Source: Dehalococcoidia bacterium (lineage in GTDB: Bacteria; Chloroflexota; Dehalococcoidia; UBA2979). Taken from it: a DNA stretch of 28,110 nucleotides. The stretch spans positions 1-28,110 of the forward strand of contig OZ219869.1 of the NCBI GenBank assembly GCA_964291495.2, read 5' to 3'. The notes under the pieces were generated by a model. The model saw nothing but the letters and a program-made list of their open reading frames with translations. It was not told the DNA's origin and ran no database searches. Shown piece after piece: positions 1-7,756 of the stretch. How positions within the stretch are numbered: position 1 is the stretch's first letter; each line of letters opens with the position of its first letter. A program made the translations under genes and the position numbers.

Positions 1-834
1 TGCGTATCGCCGTCCGCTGGGAATCCTCGTACCTCTACTCGCAAGGCGTGCGGCTGCTGCACAGCGAGCTGCGCGTGATTCCCGCGGACGGCTTCGGTCA
101 GCGGCGGATCAACGCCACGCTCCACGCTGAGCCCGGAGGCGCCGCTGCACCAGCTCAACGACGGCTTTGGCAACGCGTATCACCACGTCGACTTCCTCCA
201 GGAGATCGATGAGATCCACCTCGCGCTCCAGGCGGAAGTGGAGACGGAGCAGCCCACCGAGCACAGCGAGCCGACCCCGCTGATGCGCCACCTCTTCCTT
301 GCACCCACCCTTCGCTCACCGTTCGACCGGGCGGTGACGGAGCTGTGCGAGGGCGTCCCGCAGGACCTCGATCCGCTCGCCACCGGCGAGGCGATCGCCT
401 CGCTGCTTCACGGGCGTTTCGGGTTCGAGGTCGGGACCACGGACGTCGGCTCGACCGCGCTCGATCTGCTGGAGGCCGGACACGGCGTCTGCCAGGACTT
501 CGCGCACCTCATGCTCGCGGCGCTGCGCATGCGCGGCATTCCGGCCCGCTACGTCAGCGGTTACCTCGCCCCCCACGTCGGGGAGGCGGCGACCCCGGCC
601 AGCCACGCCTGGGTGCAGCTCCTGGGGCCCGACGGCTGGCATGGCCTCGACCCCGCCAACGACACGCGGCAGGACGGGCGCTACGTGGTCACGGCGATCG
701 GCCGGGACTACGACGACGTGCCGCCGGTGCGCGGCGCATTCACCGGCGCGGCCGCCGAACACTGGAGCACGATGGTTCGGGTGCGCTCCGAGTCCGGGGG
801 ACAGCAGCAGGAGCAGCAGCAGCAGCAGCAATAG
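1..834 (+). CDS. Transglutaminase-like protein (N-terminal domain + catalytic core) with C-terminal poly-Q; frameshifted near 120-124; the A of the presumed ATG would lie just outside the window
   Basis: Frame 3 reads (M)RIAVRWESSYLYSQGVRLLHSELRVIP...RRINATL and frame 1 continues TLSPEAPLHQLNDGFGNAYH...; catalytic-triad motifs GVCQDFAH, SHAWV and GLDPAND; also RYVSGYL and GRDYDDVPPVRG. Confidence 0.9.
802..831 (+). repeat. CAG trinucleotide repeat encoding QQQEQQQQQQ
   Basis: (cag)3 gag (cag)5 caa immediately before the TAG stop. Confidence 0.95.
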
Positions 835-912
835 CCTTGCGGGGGCTGCACGGCGCGCTACGCGCCATCCAGGCCGTCGCCGGCGTCACTGCGTGGGGCG
901 CCGCGACACGGT

Positions 913-1317
913 TCAGGTCAGATCGGTAAAGGGGTTGTGGGCGACCTCCCACAGGTACCCGTCAGGATCGCTGAAGTAGCCCGAGTAGCCACCCCAGAAG
1001 GTCTCCGCCGCCGGCCGCACGATCGTCGCGCCCGCGCTCGTCGCCTCCTCGAGTGTCGCGTCGACCACCGCCGGTGAGGCCACGTTGTGCGCCAGCGTGA
1101 ACATCGGAGTACCACCGGCGCTGAAGTCGACGTCGGCCTCCTCGACCAGCTTCTCCCTGGGATAGAGCGCCAGCCAGGTCCCTTCGAGCTCGAAGAAGGC
1201 GATCGTTGCGTTGTCTTCGTAGTCCGGAGCGGGCAGCCCGAGGCCGTCGCGGTAGAAATGCACGGACGCCGCGAGGTCGCTCACGCCCAGCGTGATGATG
1301 CTGATCCTGGGCTTCAC
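913..1317 (-). CDS. VOC (glyoxalase/bleomycin-resistance) family protein
   Basis: RISIITLGVSDLAASVHFYRDGLG, TLAHNV and FWGGYSGYFSDPDGYLWEVAHNP are typical of this VOC subfamily. Confidence 0.92.
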   Translation of the reverse strand: MKPRISIITLGVSDLAASVHFYRDGLGLPAPDYEDNATIAFFELEGTWLALYPREKLVEEADVDFSAGGTPMFTLAHNVASPAVVDATLEEATSAGATIVRPAAETFWGGYSGYFSDPDGYLWEVAHNPFTDLT

Positions 1318-1339
1318 CGGGGCTTCACCGCTCCGCCCA

Positions 1340-1603
1340 CTACCCGCCTCCGAGCGCGGGCAGGATGTGGACCTCCGAGCCCTCCGGCACCTTGCCCATC
1401 AACCCCGTCGCCGAGAGCACGCCGTCAACCGCGAGCTGCAGGCCCGGACGCACCCGCCCGTCCTCGACGATCAGCTCCTTGATGCCCGGATACTCCGCAT
1501 CGAGGTTGTCGACCACCTGCCGCAGCGTGGCGCCCGGCACCTCGACCGTCTCCCGGTCGTCCGTCAGCTTGCGCATCAGCGAGGGAATGAAGACCGTCGC
1601 CAT
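1340..1603 (-). CDS. MoaD/ThiS family ubiquitin-like sulfur carrier
   Basis: 87 aa, beta-grasp pattern (V-IP-LMR, GATLRQVVDNL), ends ILPALGGG; starts 5 nt after the Mo-enzyme large-subunit stop. Confidence 0.92.
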   Translation of the reverse strand: MATVFIPSLMRKLTDDRETVEVPGATLRQVVDNLDAEYPGIKELIVEDGRVRPGLQLAVDGVLSATGLMGKVPEGSEVHILPALGGG

Positions 1604-1608
1604 AAGTG

Positions 1609-3897
1609 TTATGTCTCCTCTGAGAGCAGCTCGTCGAGGACCGCGCGCGGCGAGGCCGGGAGCTTCTGCATGCGCACGCCCGTGGCCGCGTGGATCGCGT
1701 TCGTGATCGCCGCCAGCGGCGGGACGATCGGAACCTCGCCTACCCCGCGCACCCCGTACGGGTGGCCCGGATTCGGCACCTCCACGAGGACCGCGTCGAT
1801 CATCGGCGTGTCGAGGGCGGTCGGCATTCGGTAGTCGAGCAGGCTCGAGTTCCGCATCACGCCGTCGTCGTCGTAGAAGTACTCCTCGGTCAGCGCCATG
1901 CCGATGCCCTGCAGCGCCCCGCCCTGCAACTGGCCCTCGACGTAGGACGGGTGGATCGCCGTCCCTACATCCTGCACCGCCGTGTAGCGCAGGATGTCGA
2001 CCTTGCCGGTCTCCGGGTCCACCTCCACATCGACGACGTGCCCGGCGTAGGCCGGCCGACGGTGGTGGGGCTGACGTCCGAGCGCGCCTGGATCATGCCG
2101 CCGCTCGCGTAGAGCTCGCCGCGCCAGCTCCTCGAAGCTGAACGAGCGCTCGGACCCGTCCTCGGCCTGCGGGCCGCGAATTATTGCGTCGTCGCCGTAG
2201 GAGACGGCGTCGCGCTCGACGCCCCAGATCTGCGCGGCGCGGGTTTCGAGCTGTGCGCGCAGATCCTGCGCCAGCTCGTGCATGGCCCAGCCCGCGGCGA
2301 AGGTGCTGCGGCTGCCGCCCGTCACCGAGTTGCGCCCCACCGCGGAGGTGTCGACCACCTGTGGGCGGATGTCGTCGTACTCGAGGCCCATCGCCTCGGC
2401 GAGCTGCATCGCGTGCGTGGCGCGCAGGCCACCGATGTCGACCGTCCCGACCACGAGGTTGACCGTGCCATCCGCGTTGATCGAGGCGTAGGCGCTGGTC
2501 TCCATCCCGGCGTTGCGCCAGTAGCCCATCGCCACGCCGCGGCCGCGGTTCTCGCCCTGCAGCTCGGAACGGTAGTGCTCGCTGCCCTGGACGCTCTCCA
2601 TCACCTCGATGTTGCCGACGACCGGGAGCGGCGTCCCGTCCGACAGCCGGGTGCCCTCGCGGGCCGCGTTCTGGAGTCGCAGGTCGATCGGGTCGCGCTC
2701 CAGCAGCTCGGCGATCTCGTCGAGGACGGACTCGACGGCGAACGCGGTCGCGGGGGCGCCGGGGGCGCGATAGGCGGCGACCTTTGGCTTGTTGACGCAG
2801 ACATCCCAGCCCTCGACGCGCTGGTTCTCGACGTCGTACGGGCCCAGGGCGCAGAGCGCGCCCGCCGAGAACGGTGATCCGGGGAACGCGCCCGCCTCGA
2901 ACGCCAGCTCGATCTCGGCGGCGACGATGCGACCGTCGCGCGTCGCGCCGATCTTCGCGCGCACCCAGGTGCCGGAGGTCGGCCCGGTGGCCTCGAGGAC
3001 CTCCTGGCGCGTCATGATCATCTTCACCGGCCGCCCGCTCTTCTTCGAGAGGATCGCCGCCATCGGCTCCATGTAGACGGGGATCTTCCCGCCGAAGCCG
3101 CCACCGATCTCCATCGGCACGACCTTCACCCTGGAGAGCGGCACATCGAGCAGCGTGTGCAGCTGCTCGCGCACCACGAACGGGCCTTGCGAGCTGTTCC
3201 AGACCGTCAGCTCGCCGTCCTCGCTCCACATCGCCGTGCCGTTGTGCGGCTCGAGGTAGCCCTGGTGCGCCATCGCGGTCTCGAACTCGCGGTCGACGAT
3301 GATGTCGGCCTCCGCGAAGCCGGCCTCGATGTCGCCGCTGCGGAACTCGAGGTGCTTTCCGATGTTCGTCGGCTCGTCGCTCGTGTCGCCGCCGGTGAGG
3401 TCCGTGGTGTAGAGGTCGTCGTGCAGCAGCGGCGCGTTCGGGTCCATCGCCTCGCGCACGTCGAGCAGCGGAGGCAGGACCTCGTACTCGACCTCGATCA
3501 GGCCGAGGGCGTCCTCGGCGATGTGCGGGTCGGTCGCGCAGACGGCGGCGATGGCGTGGCCCGTGTAGAGCGCCTTGTCGCGCGCGAAGACGTTGCGCGC
3601 CATCCAGCGCGTCTCGGCCGCGCCCTCGCCAAGGTTCGGGAGCTCGTCCCAGTTCTTCGGCGGCAGGTCGTCCCAGGTCGCGACCCCGCGCACGCCATCG
3701 AGCGCCTCGGCCCTCGAGGTGTCGATGCGCACGATGCGGGCGTGGGCGTGGGGGCTGCGCAGCACGCGGCCGTAGAGCATCCCGGGCAGGATGACGTCGG
3801 CGCCGTAGCGGGCGCGCCCGGTGACCTTGTCCGCGCCGTCGGGGCGGACCGGCCGGCTGCCGATCACACGGTAGGCGGGCTTGTCCGTCGCAACCAT
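1609..3897 (-). CDS. Xanthine dehydrogenase/CoxL-CutL family molybdopterin-binding large subunit (copy 2 in transcription order), about 762 aa; contains a compensated frameshift at about 2056-2121
   Basis: RPDGADKVTGRARY, RSPHAHARI, HQGYLEPH, GGGFGGK, AYRAPG, EGQLQGG, DYRMPT and GVGEVP motifs; GAGGAGG Shine-Dalgarno before ATG 3897; the ORF-track extension to 4125 is spurious. Confidence 0.95.
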   Translation of the reverse strand: MVATDKPAYRVIGSRPVRPDGADKVTGRARYGADVILPGMLYGRVLRSPHAHARIVRIDTSRAEALDGVRGVATWDDLPPKNWDELPNLGEGAAETRWMARNVFARDKALYTGHAIAAVCATDPHIAEDALGLIEVEYEVLPPLLDVREAMDPNAPLLHDDLYTTDLTGGDTSDEPTNIGKHLEFRSGDIEAGFAEADIIVDREFETAMAHQGYLEPHNGTAMWSEDGELTVWNSSQGPFVVREQLHTLLDVPLSRVKVVPMEIGGGFGGKIPVYMEPMAAILSKKSGRPVKMIMTRQEVLEATGPTSGTWVRAKIGATRDGRIVAAEIELAFEAGAFPGSPFSAGALCALGPYDVENQRVEGWDVCVNKPKVAAYRAPGAPATAFAVESVLDEIAELLERDPIDLRLQNAAREGTRLSDGTPLPVVGNIEVMESVQGSEHYRSELQGENRGRGVAMGYWRNAGMETSAYASINADGTVNLVVGTVDIGGLRATHAMQLAEAMGLEYDDIRPQVVDTSAVGRNSVTGGSRSTFAAGWAMHELAQDLRAQLETRAAQIWGVERDAVSYGDDAIIRGPQAEDGSERSFSFEELARRALRERRHDPGALGRQPHHRRPAYAGHVVDVEVDPETGKVDILRYTAVQDVGTAIHPSYVEGQLQGGALQGIGMALTEEYFYDDDGVMRNSSLLDYRMPTALDTPMIDAVLVEVPNPGHPYGVRGVGEVPIVPPLAAITNAIHAATGVRMQKLPASPRAVLDELLSEET

Positions 3898-3934
3898 CAC
3901 ATCCTCCTCACACGCCTCGGGCGTCGTACCCCGG

Positions 3935-3940
3935 ATTGTA
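3935..3940 (-). promoter_or_regulatory. Putative -10 element (TACAAT) for the downstream large-subunit/moaD/VOC unit
   Basis: Near-consensus TACAAT 37 nt upstream of ATG 3897; no clear -35. Confidence 0.55.
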
Positions 3941-4052
3941 TACGCCCACCGCCATCGTCCCGGGGCTGCGGGGGGGGGGGTGAGTGCACATAGCCCGGCT
4001 CTACCCCAGACTTGCCACCTGCGATTGACCTGCCCCTGGAGACAGAGAGCAC

Positions 4053-4574
4053 GTGGCCGACGCGAGTTCAGAGACGGGCGACGAGTCGGTGCCGGGGCAC
4101 GGGGGCGCCCGCAGGGCCGAGGCACCCCTCTACGAGATCACCCGCTGGCGGCTGGACGAGCAACTCCATCGCGTCGACGCGCTTGATAGCAAGATCGCTA
4201 ACATGTTCTATCTGATCGCCGGGCTGGTGCCGCTCTTCGGTGCGCTCTTCGTGTTCTCGGATACGGAAGGTGCCGCGACGGTACTGTACGTGTTGGCCGT
4301 GGTGGTCTATTTCCTCGTGGTCCTCTTCACTGTGCTCGCGTATCTCGGATCGCGCTGGAGCGTGCGCCCCGCGCTCTCAACGCTGCAAGAGTATGCCGAT
4401 GCGTACGACGAGCCCACCGTGCGGCGATGGGTTGCGCAAGAAACCATGCTGTCCATCTCGGCCAACGAGCCGAAGCTCCGAAGGAAAGGCTACTTCGTCT
4501 CGGCCGCCACACTGGCATTCGCCCTAGATGCCGGCCTACTCGCCGTGGCCGCCATCGTCGCGGCCGTGAACTAG
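4053..4574 (+). CDS. Hypothetical 3-TM membrane protein (resembles PycTM/DUF5706-like architecture); start uncertain
   Basis: LDSK then two hydrophobic helices, a soluble loop, then N..KLRRK and a third helix; codon usage less GC3-biased than the flanking genes. Confidence 0.7.
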   Translation: MADASSETGDESVPGHGGARRAEAPLYEITRWRLDEQLHRVDALDSKIANMFYLIAGLVPLFGALFVFSDTEGAATVLYVLAVVVYFLVVLFTVLAYLGSRWSVRPALSTLQEYADAYDEPTVRRWVAQETMLSISANEPKLRRKGYFVSAATLAFALDAGLLAVAAIVAAVN

Positions 4575-4739
4575 CTCAAGGTCGGCTTCTCGGGGGCCAG
4601 GGTAGCTGCCCTTGAAGACTGTCTCCTCCGGACCTGGGTCTAGGTTGATCGGGGCGTCCGTGTCGTCCGGCGGGGGTGGCGGCGGCTCCGACGGCTCGCT
4701 CTCTGGTTGCTGAGGCGCCCCTTCGCGTGGTGTCGTCAT
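4536..4739 (-). CDS. Small Pro/acidic-rich protein, 67 aa
   Basis: GGAGCGGAG Shine-Dalgarno-like sequence before the ATG; PESEPSEPPPPPPDD...DPGPEETVFKGS; 3' end overlaps the convergent 3-TM gene by 39 nt. Confidence 0.5.
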   Translation of the reverse strand: MTTPREGAPQQPESEPSEPPPPPPDDTDAPINLDPGPEETVFKGSYPGPREADLELVHGRDDGGHGE

Positions 4740-4874
4740 TGGATCGGCTCCGCTCCAGTTGGCGATGCTTGCCCTGGCAGGTGCTGCGGGGGCTCGCCTG
4801 ATCGTACGACCGTATTCGGACCATCAGCAAGCTCGACTCAGGACAGTCAAGACGAGCACCCACGCCGAACGCAG

Positions 4875-4900
4875 CGGCGGCGCCCCCAGGGGCGCCGCCG
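4875..4900 (-). terminator. Perfect 11-bp GC hairpin downstream of large-subunit copy 1 (terminator-like or mRNA-stabilising)
   Basis: cggcggcgccc-ccag-gggcgccgccg, 38 nt after the stop at 4939; no U-tract. Confidence 0.55.
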
Positions 4901-4938
4901 GATAGTCGCTTGCCTCCGTCGCCCTTGCGGGCGGCGGG

Positions 4939-7242
4939 CTAGTCCTCGTCGGGGAGCAGCTCCTCGAGCATCGCCCGCGGGGACATCGGCAGGTCGCGCA
5001 TGCGCAGGCCGATCGCATCCGCGATGGCGTTCGCGATCGCGGGCGCGGGGGGGACGATCGGCACCTCGCCGACGCCGCGCACGCCGTAGGGGTGCCCGGG
5101 GTTGGGCACCTCGACGATGTGCGTCTCGATCATCGGCAGGTCGAGCGCCGTCGGCATGCGGTAGTCGAGCAGGCTCGAGTTCAGCATCCGCCCGTCGTCG
5201 TCGTAGAAGTACTCCTCCGTGAGCGCCATACCGACGCCCTGGGCGACGCCGCCCTGGATCTGGCCCTCGACGTACGAAGGGTGGATTGCCGTGCCGGCGT
5301 CCTGAACCGCCGTGTAGCGCAGGATGTCGACCTTGCCGGTCTCCGGGTCCACCTCGACGTCGACGATGTGCCCGGCGAAGGCCGGCCCGGACTCCATGCT
5401 GTTCACGTCCGCGCGGCCCTGGATCATCCCGCCGCTGCCGGCGAGCTGGCCCGCCAGCTCCTTGAACGTCATCGCGCGCTCGTTGCCGTCATCGTCGGCG
5501 GGGCCGTGGACGCCGCCGTCGCGGTACTCAACCTCGTCGCGGTCGACGTCCCAGATCGCGGCGGCGCGCTCCTCCATCTGGCGGCGGATGTCCATCGCCG
5601 ACTCGTAGGCGGCCCAGCCGCCGGCGAAGGTCGTGCGGCTGCCGCCAGTGACCATCGTGTAGCCGACCGAGTCGGTGTCCACCACCTGCGGCTTCACGTC
5701 CTCGGCGGCGATGCCGAGCGTCTCCGCCAGCTGCATCGCGATCGAGGCGCGCGTGCCGCCGATGTCCGCCGAGCCGAGCGAGAGGCTGACGGTGCCGTCG
5801 GCGTTGACGCTCGCGTAGGCGCTGGACTCCATGCCGATGTTGAACCAGAAGCCCATGGCGACGCCGCGGCCGCGGTTCTCGCCCTGCAGCTCGGAGCGGT
5901 AGTGCTCGCTGTTCTTGACGACCTCCATCACCTGCTCGTTGCCGATCACGCCGAAGACGGCGCCGTCGACGCGCCGCGAGCCGTCGACGGAGGCGTTCTT
6001 GAGGCGGAGGTCCATCGGATCCATCTCGAGCTGCTGCGCGATCTCATCGATCACGGACTCGACGGCGTACTCGGAGGCCGGCGCGCCGGGCGCGCGGTAG
6101 GCGGCGACCTTCGGCTTGTTGAGCACGACGTCGTAGCCCTCGATGAGGCCGTTCTCGATCTGGTATGGCGCGAGCGCGCACATCGCGCCCGCCGGCATCG
6201 GCGAGCCCGGGTAGGCCCCGGCCTCGAACACGAGGTAGACGTGGGCGGCGGTGAGCGTGCCGTCGCTCTTCGCGCCGATCTTCACCCGCATGTACGTCCC
6301 GGAGGTCGGGCCGGTCGCTTCCAGCACCGCCTGGCGGGTCATCGTGAACTTGACCGGCTTGCCGGTCCGCTTCGAGAGCAGCGCAGCGAGCGGCTCCAGG
6401 TAGAGCCCGATCTTCCCGCCGAAGCCACCGCCGATCTCCACCGGCTCGCACGTCACCTGCGAGACCGGCACCTGCAGCAGCCCGGCAACCATGTCGCGCA
6501 CGCCGAAGGCGCCCTGGGTCGAGCTCCAGATCGTGATGTGCCCGTCCTTGTTGTAGTAGGCGCTGCCGTTGTGCGGCTCGATGTAGCCCTGGTGCGCCAT
6601 CGTCGTCGTGAAGTCGCGCTCGACCACGACATCCGCCTCTGCGAACCCGGCGTCGACGTCGCCGGAATTGAACGCGAGGGACTTCGCGACGTTGGTCGGC
6701 TTCGTGCCGACCATCTCGCCGGGTCCGAACACGCCGGCGATCTGCTCGGTGCGCAGGAACTCGTGCAGCACCGGCGCGTTCTCGTCCATCGCCTCGCGCA
6801 CGTCGAGCAGCGGCTCCAGCACCTCGTACTCGACCTCGATCAGGTCGAGCGCGTCCTCGGCGATGTGCGGGTCGGTGGCGGCGACGGCGGCGACGGCGTG
6901 CCCGGTGTAGAGCACCTTCTCGCCGGCGAGCACGTTGTCGAGCATCCAGCGCGCGCTCGTCGTCGCGCCCTCGCCGATCTCGACCTGCGAGTCATCCGGC
7001 TGCGGGAAGTCGGCGTTGGTGATGACGCCGCGCACGCCCTCGAGGGCCTCGGCCTTGGAGGTGTCGATGCTCTTGATGCGGGCGTGGGCGTGGGGGCTCC
7101 GCAGCACGCGGCCGAAGAGCATCCCCGGGGCCTGGTAGTCCGCGCCGTAGCCAGCGCGGCCGGTGACCTTGTCCGTCCCGTCGTGGCGGATCGGCCGGGT
7201 GCCGACAACCTGGTAGTTGTCGGGCTTCTCAGTAGCGACCAT
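4939..7242 (-). CDS. Xanthine dehydrogenase/CoxL-CutL family molybdopterin-binding large subunit (copy 1), 767 aa
   Basis: RHDGTDKVTG, RSPHAHARI, HQGYIEPH, GGGFGGK, AYRAPG, EGQIQGG and GVGEVP motifs; AGGAG Shine-Dalgarno. Confidence 0.96.
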   Translation of the reverse strand: MVATEKPDNYQVVGTRPIRHDGTDKVTGRAGYGADYQAPGMLFGRVLRSPHAHARIKSIDTSKAEALEGVRGVITNADFPQPDDSQVEIGEGATTSARWMLDNVLAGEKVLYTGHAVAAVAATDPHIAEDALDLIEVEYEVLEPLLDVREAMDENAPVLHEFLRTEQIAGVFGPGEMVGTKPTNVAKSLAFNSGDVDAGFAEADVVVERDFTTTMAHQGYIEPHNGSAYYNKDGHITIWSSTQGAFGVRDMVAGLLQVPVSQVTCEPVEIGGGFGGKIGLYLEPLAALLSKRTGKPVKFTMTRQAVLEATGPTSGTYMRVKIGAKSDGTLTAAHVYLVFEAGAYPGSPMPAGAMCALAPYQIENGLIEGYDVVLNKPKVAAYRAPGAPASEYAVESVIDEIAQQLEMDPMDLRLKNASVDGSRRVDGAVFGVIGNEQVMEVVKNSEHYRSELQGENRGRGVAMGFWFNIGMESSAYASVNADGTVSLSLGSADIGGTRASIAMQLAETLGIAAEDVKPQVVDTDSVGYTMVTGGSRTTFAGGWAAYESAMDIRRQMEERAAAIWDVDRDEVEYRDGGVHGPADDDGNERAMTFKELAGQLAGSGGMIQGRADVNSMESGPAFAGHIVDVEVDPETGKVDILRYTAVQDAGTAIHPSYVEGQIQGGVAQGVGMALTEEYFYDDDGRMLNSSLLDYRMPTALDLPMIETHIVEVPNPGHPYGVRGVGEVPIVPPAPAIANAIADAIGLRMRDLPMSPRAMLEELLPDED

Positions 7243-7287
7243 GAGTGGTTCTCCTGCCTGTTCTCCGCGTGGCTCTCCCGGGAGGCG

Positions 7288-7755
7288 CTATGCCTCGGCG
7301 GCCTGGAGCACCGCGCGGATGATCTTGTCGTAGCCCGTGCAGCGGCAGAGGTTGCCGGCCAGCCAGTAGCGGGCCTCGTACTCCGACGGGTTCGGGTTGG
7401 CTTCGAGCAGCGCCTTCGCGGCGACGAGGAAGCCGGGGGTGCAGATGCCGCACTGCAGCGCCGCCTCCTCCAGGAAGGCCTGCTGCAGCGGGATCAGCCC
7501 GTCCTCGGTCGCCAGTCCCTCGACGGTGGTGACGTCGGCGCCCTCGACCTCGGCTGCCATGACGAGGCAGGAGTTGACGAGGCGGCCGTCCATGATCACG
7601 GAGCAGGCGCCGCAGTTGCCGTCGTTGCAGCCCTCCTTCGTGCCTGTCAGGCCGATGCGCTCGCGCAGCGCCTCAAGGAGGCTGTCACGCTGGTCGGCGA
7701 GGAACTCGAGCGGCTCGCCGTTGATGGTGGCCGAAACGATCATGCGATCCGTCAC
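7288..7755 (-). CDS. (2Fe-2S)-binding small subunit, CoxS/CutS family
   Basis: GTKEGCNDGNCGAC, NSCL, QCGICTPG and GNLCRCTGY iron-sulfur motifs. Confidence 0.97.
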   Translation of the reverse strand: MTDRMIVSATINGEPLEFLADQRDSLLEALRERIGLTGTKEGCNDGNCGACSVIMDGRLVNSCLVMAAEVEGADVTTVEGLATEDGLIPLQQAFLEEAALQCGICTPGFLVAAKALLEANPNPSEYEARYWLAGNLCRCTGYDKIIRAVLQAAEA

Positions 7756-7756
7756 G

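Noticed and set aside
316-831. Minus-strand ORF beginning with poly-Leu, resembling a signal peptide
   Set aside because: It is the reverse complement of the CAG poly-Q tract, antisense to the transglutaminase gene
1309-1330. 11-bp tandem duplication gggcttcaccg x2 spanning the VOC start codon
   Set aside because: The upstream GTG copy is out of frame and too close to the GGAG; probably a neutral local duplication with no mobile-element context
4536-4739. Microviridin/graspetide-type RiPP precursor interpretation of the small peptide
   Set aside because: TVFKGSYP does not match the TxKYPSD core and no modifying enzyme is adjacent
3960-4870. IS or other mobile element explaining the insert between the large subunits
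   Set aside because: No transposase/integrase, terminal inverted repeats or target-site duplication could be identified
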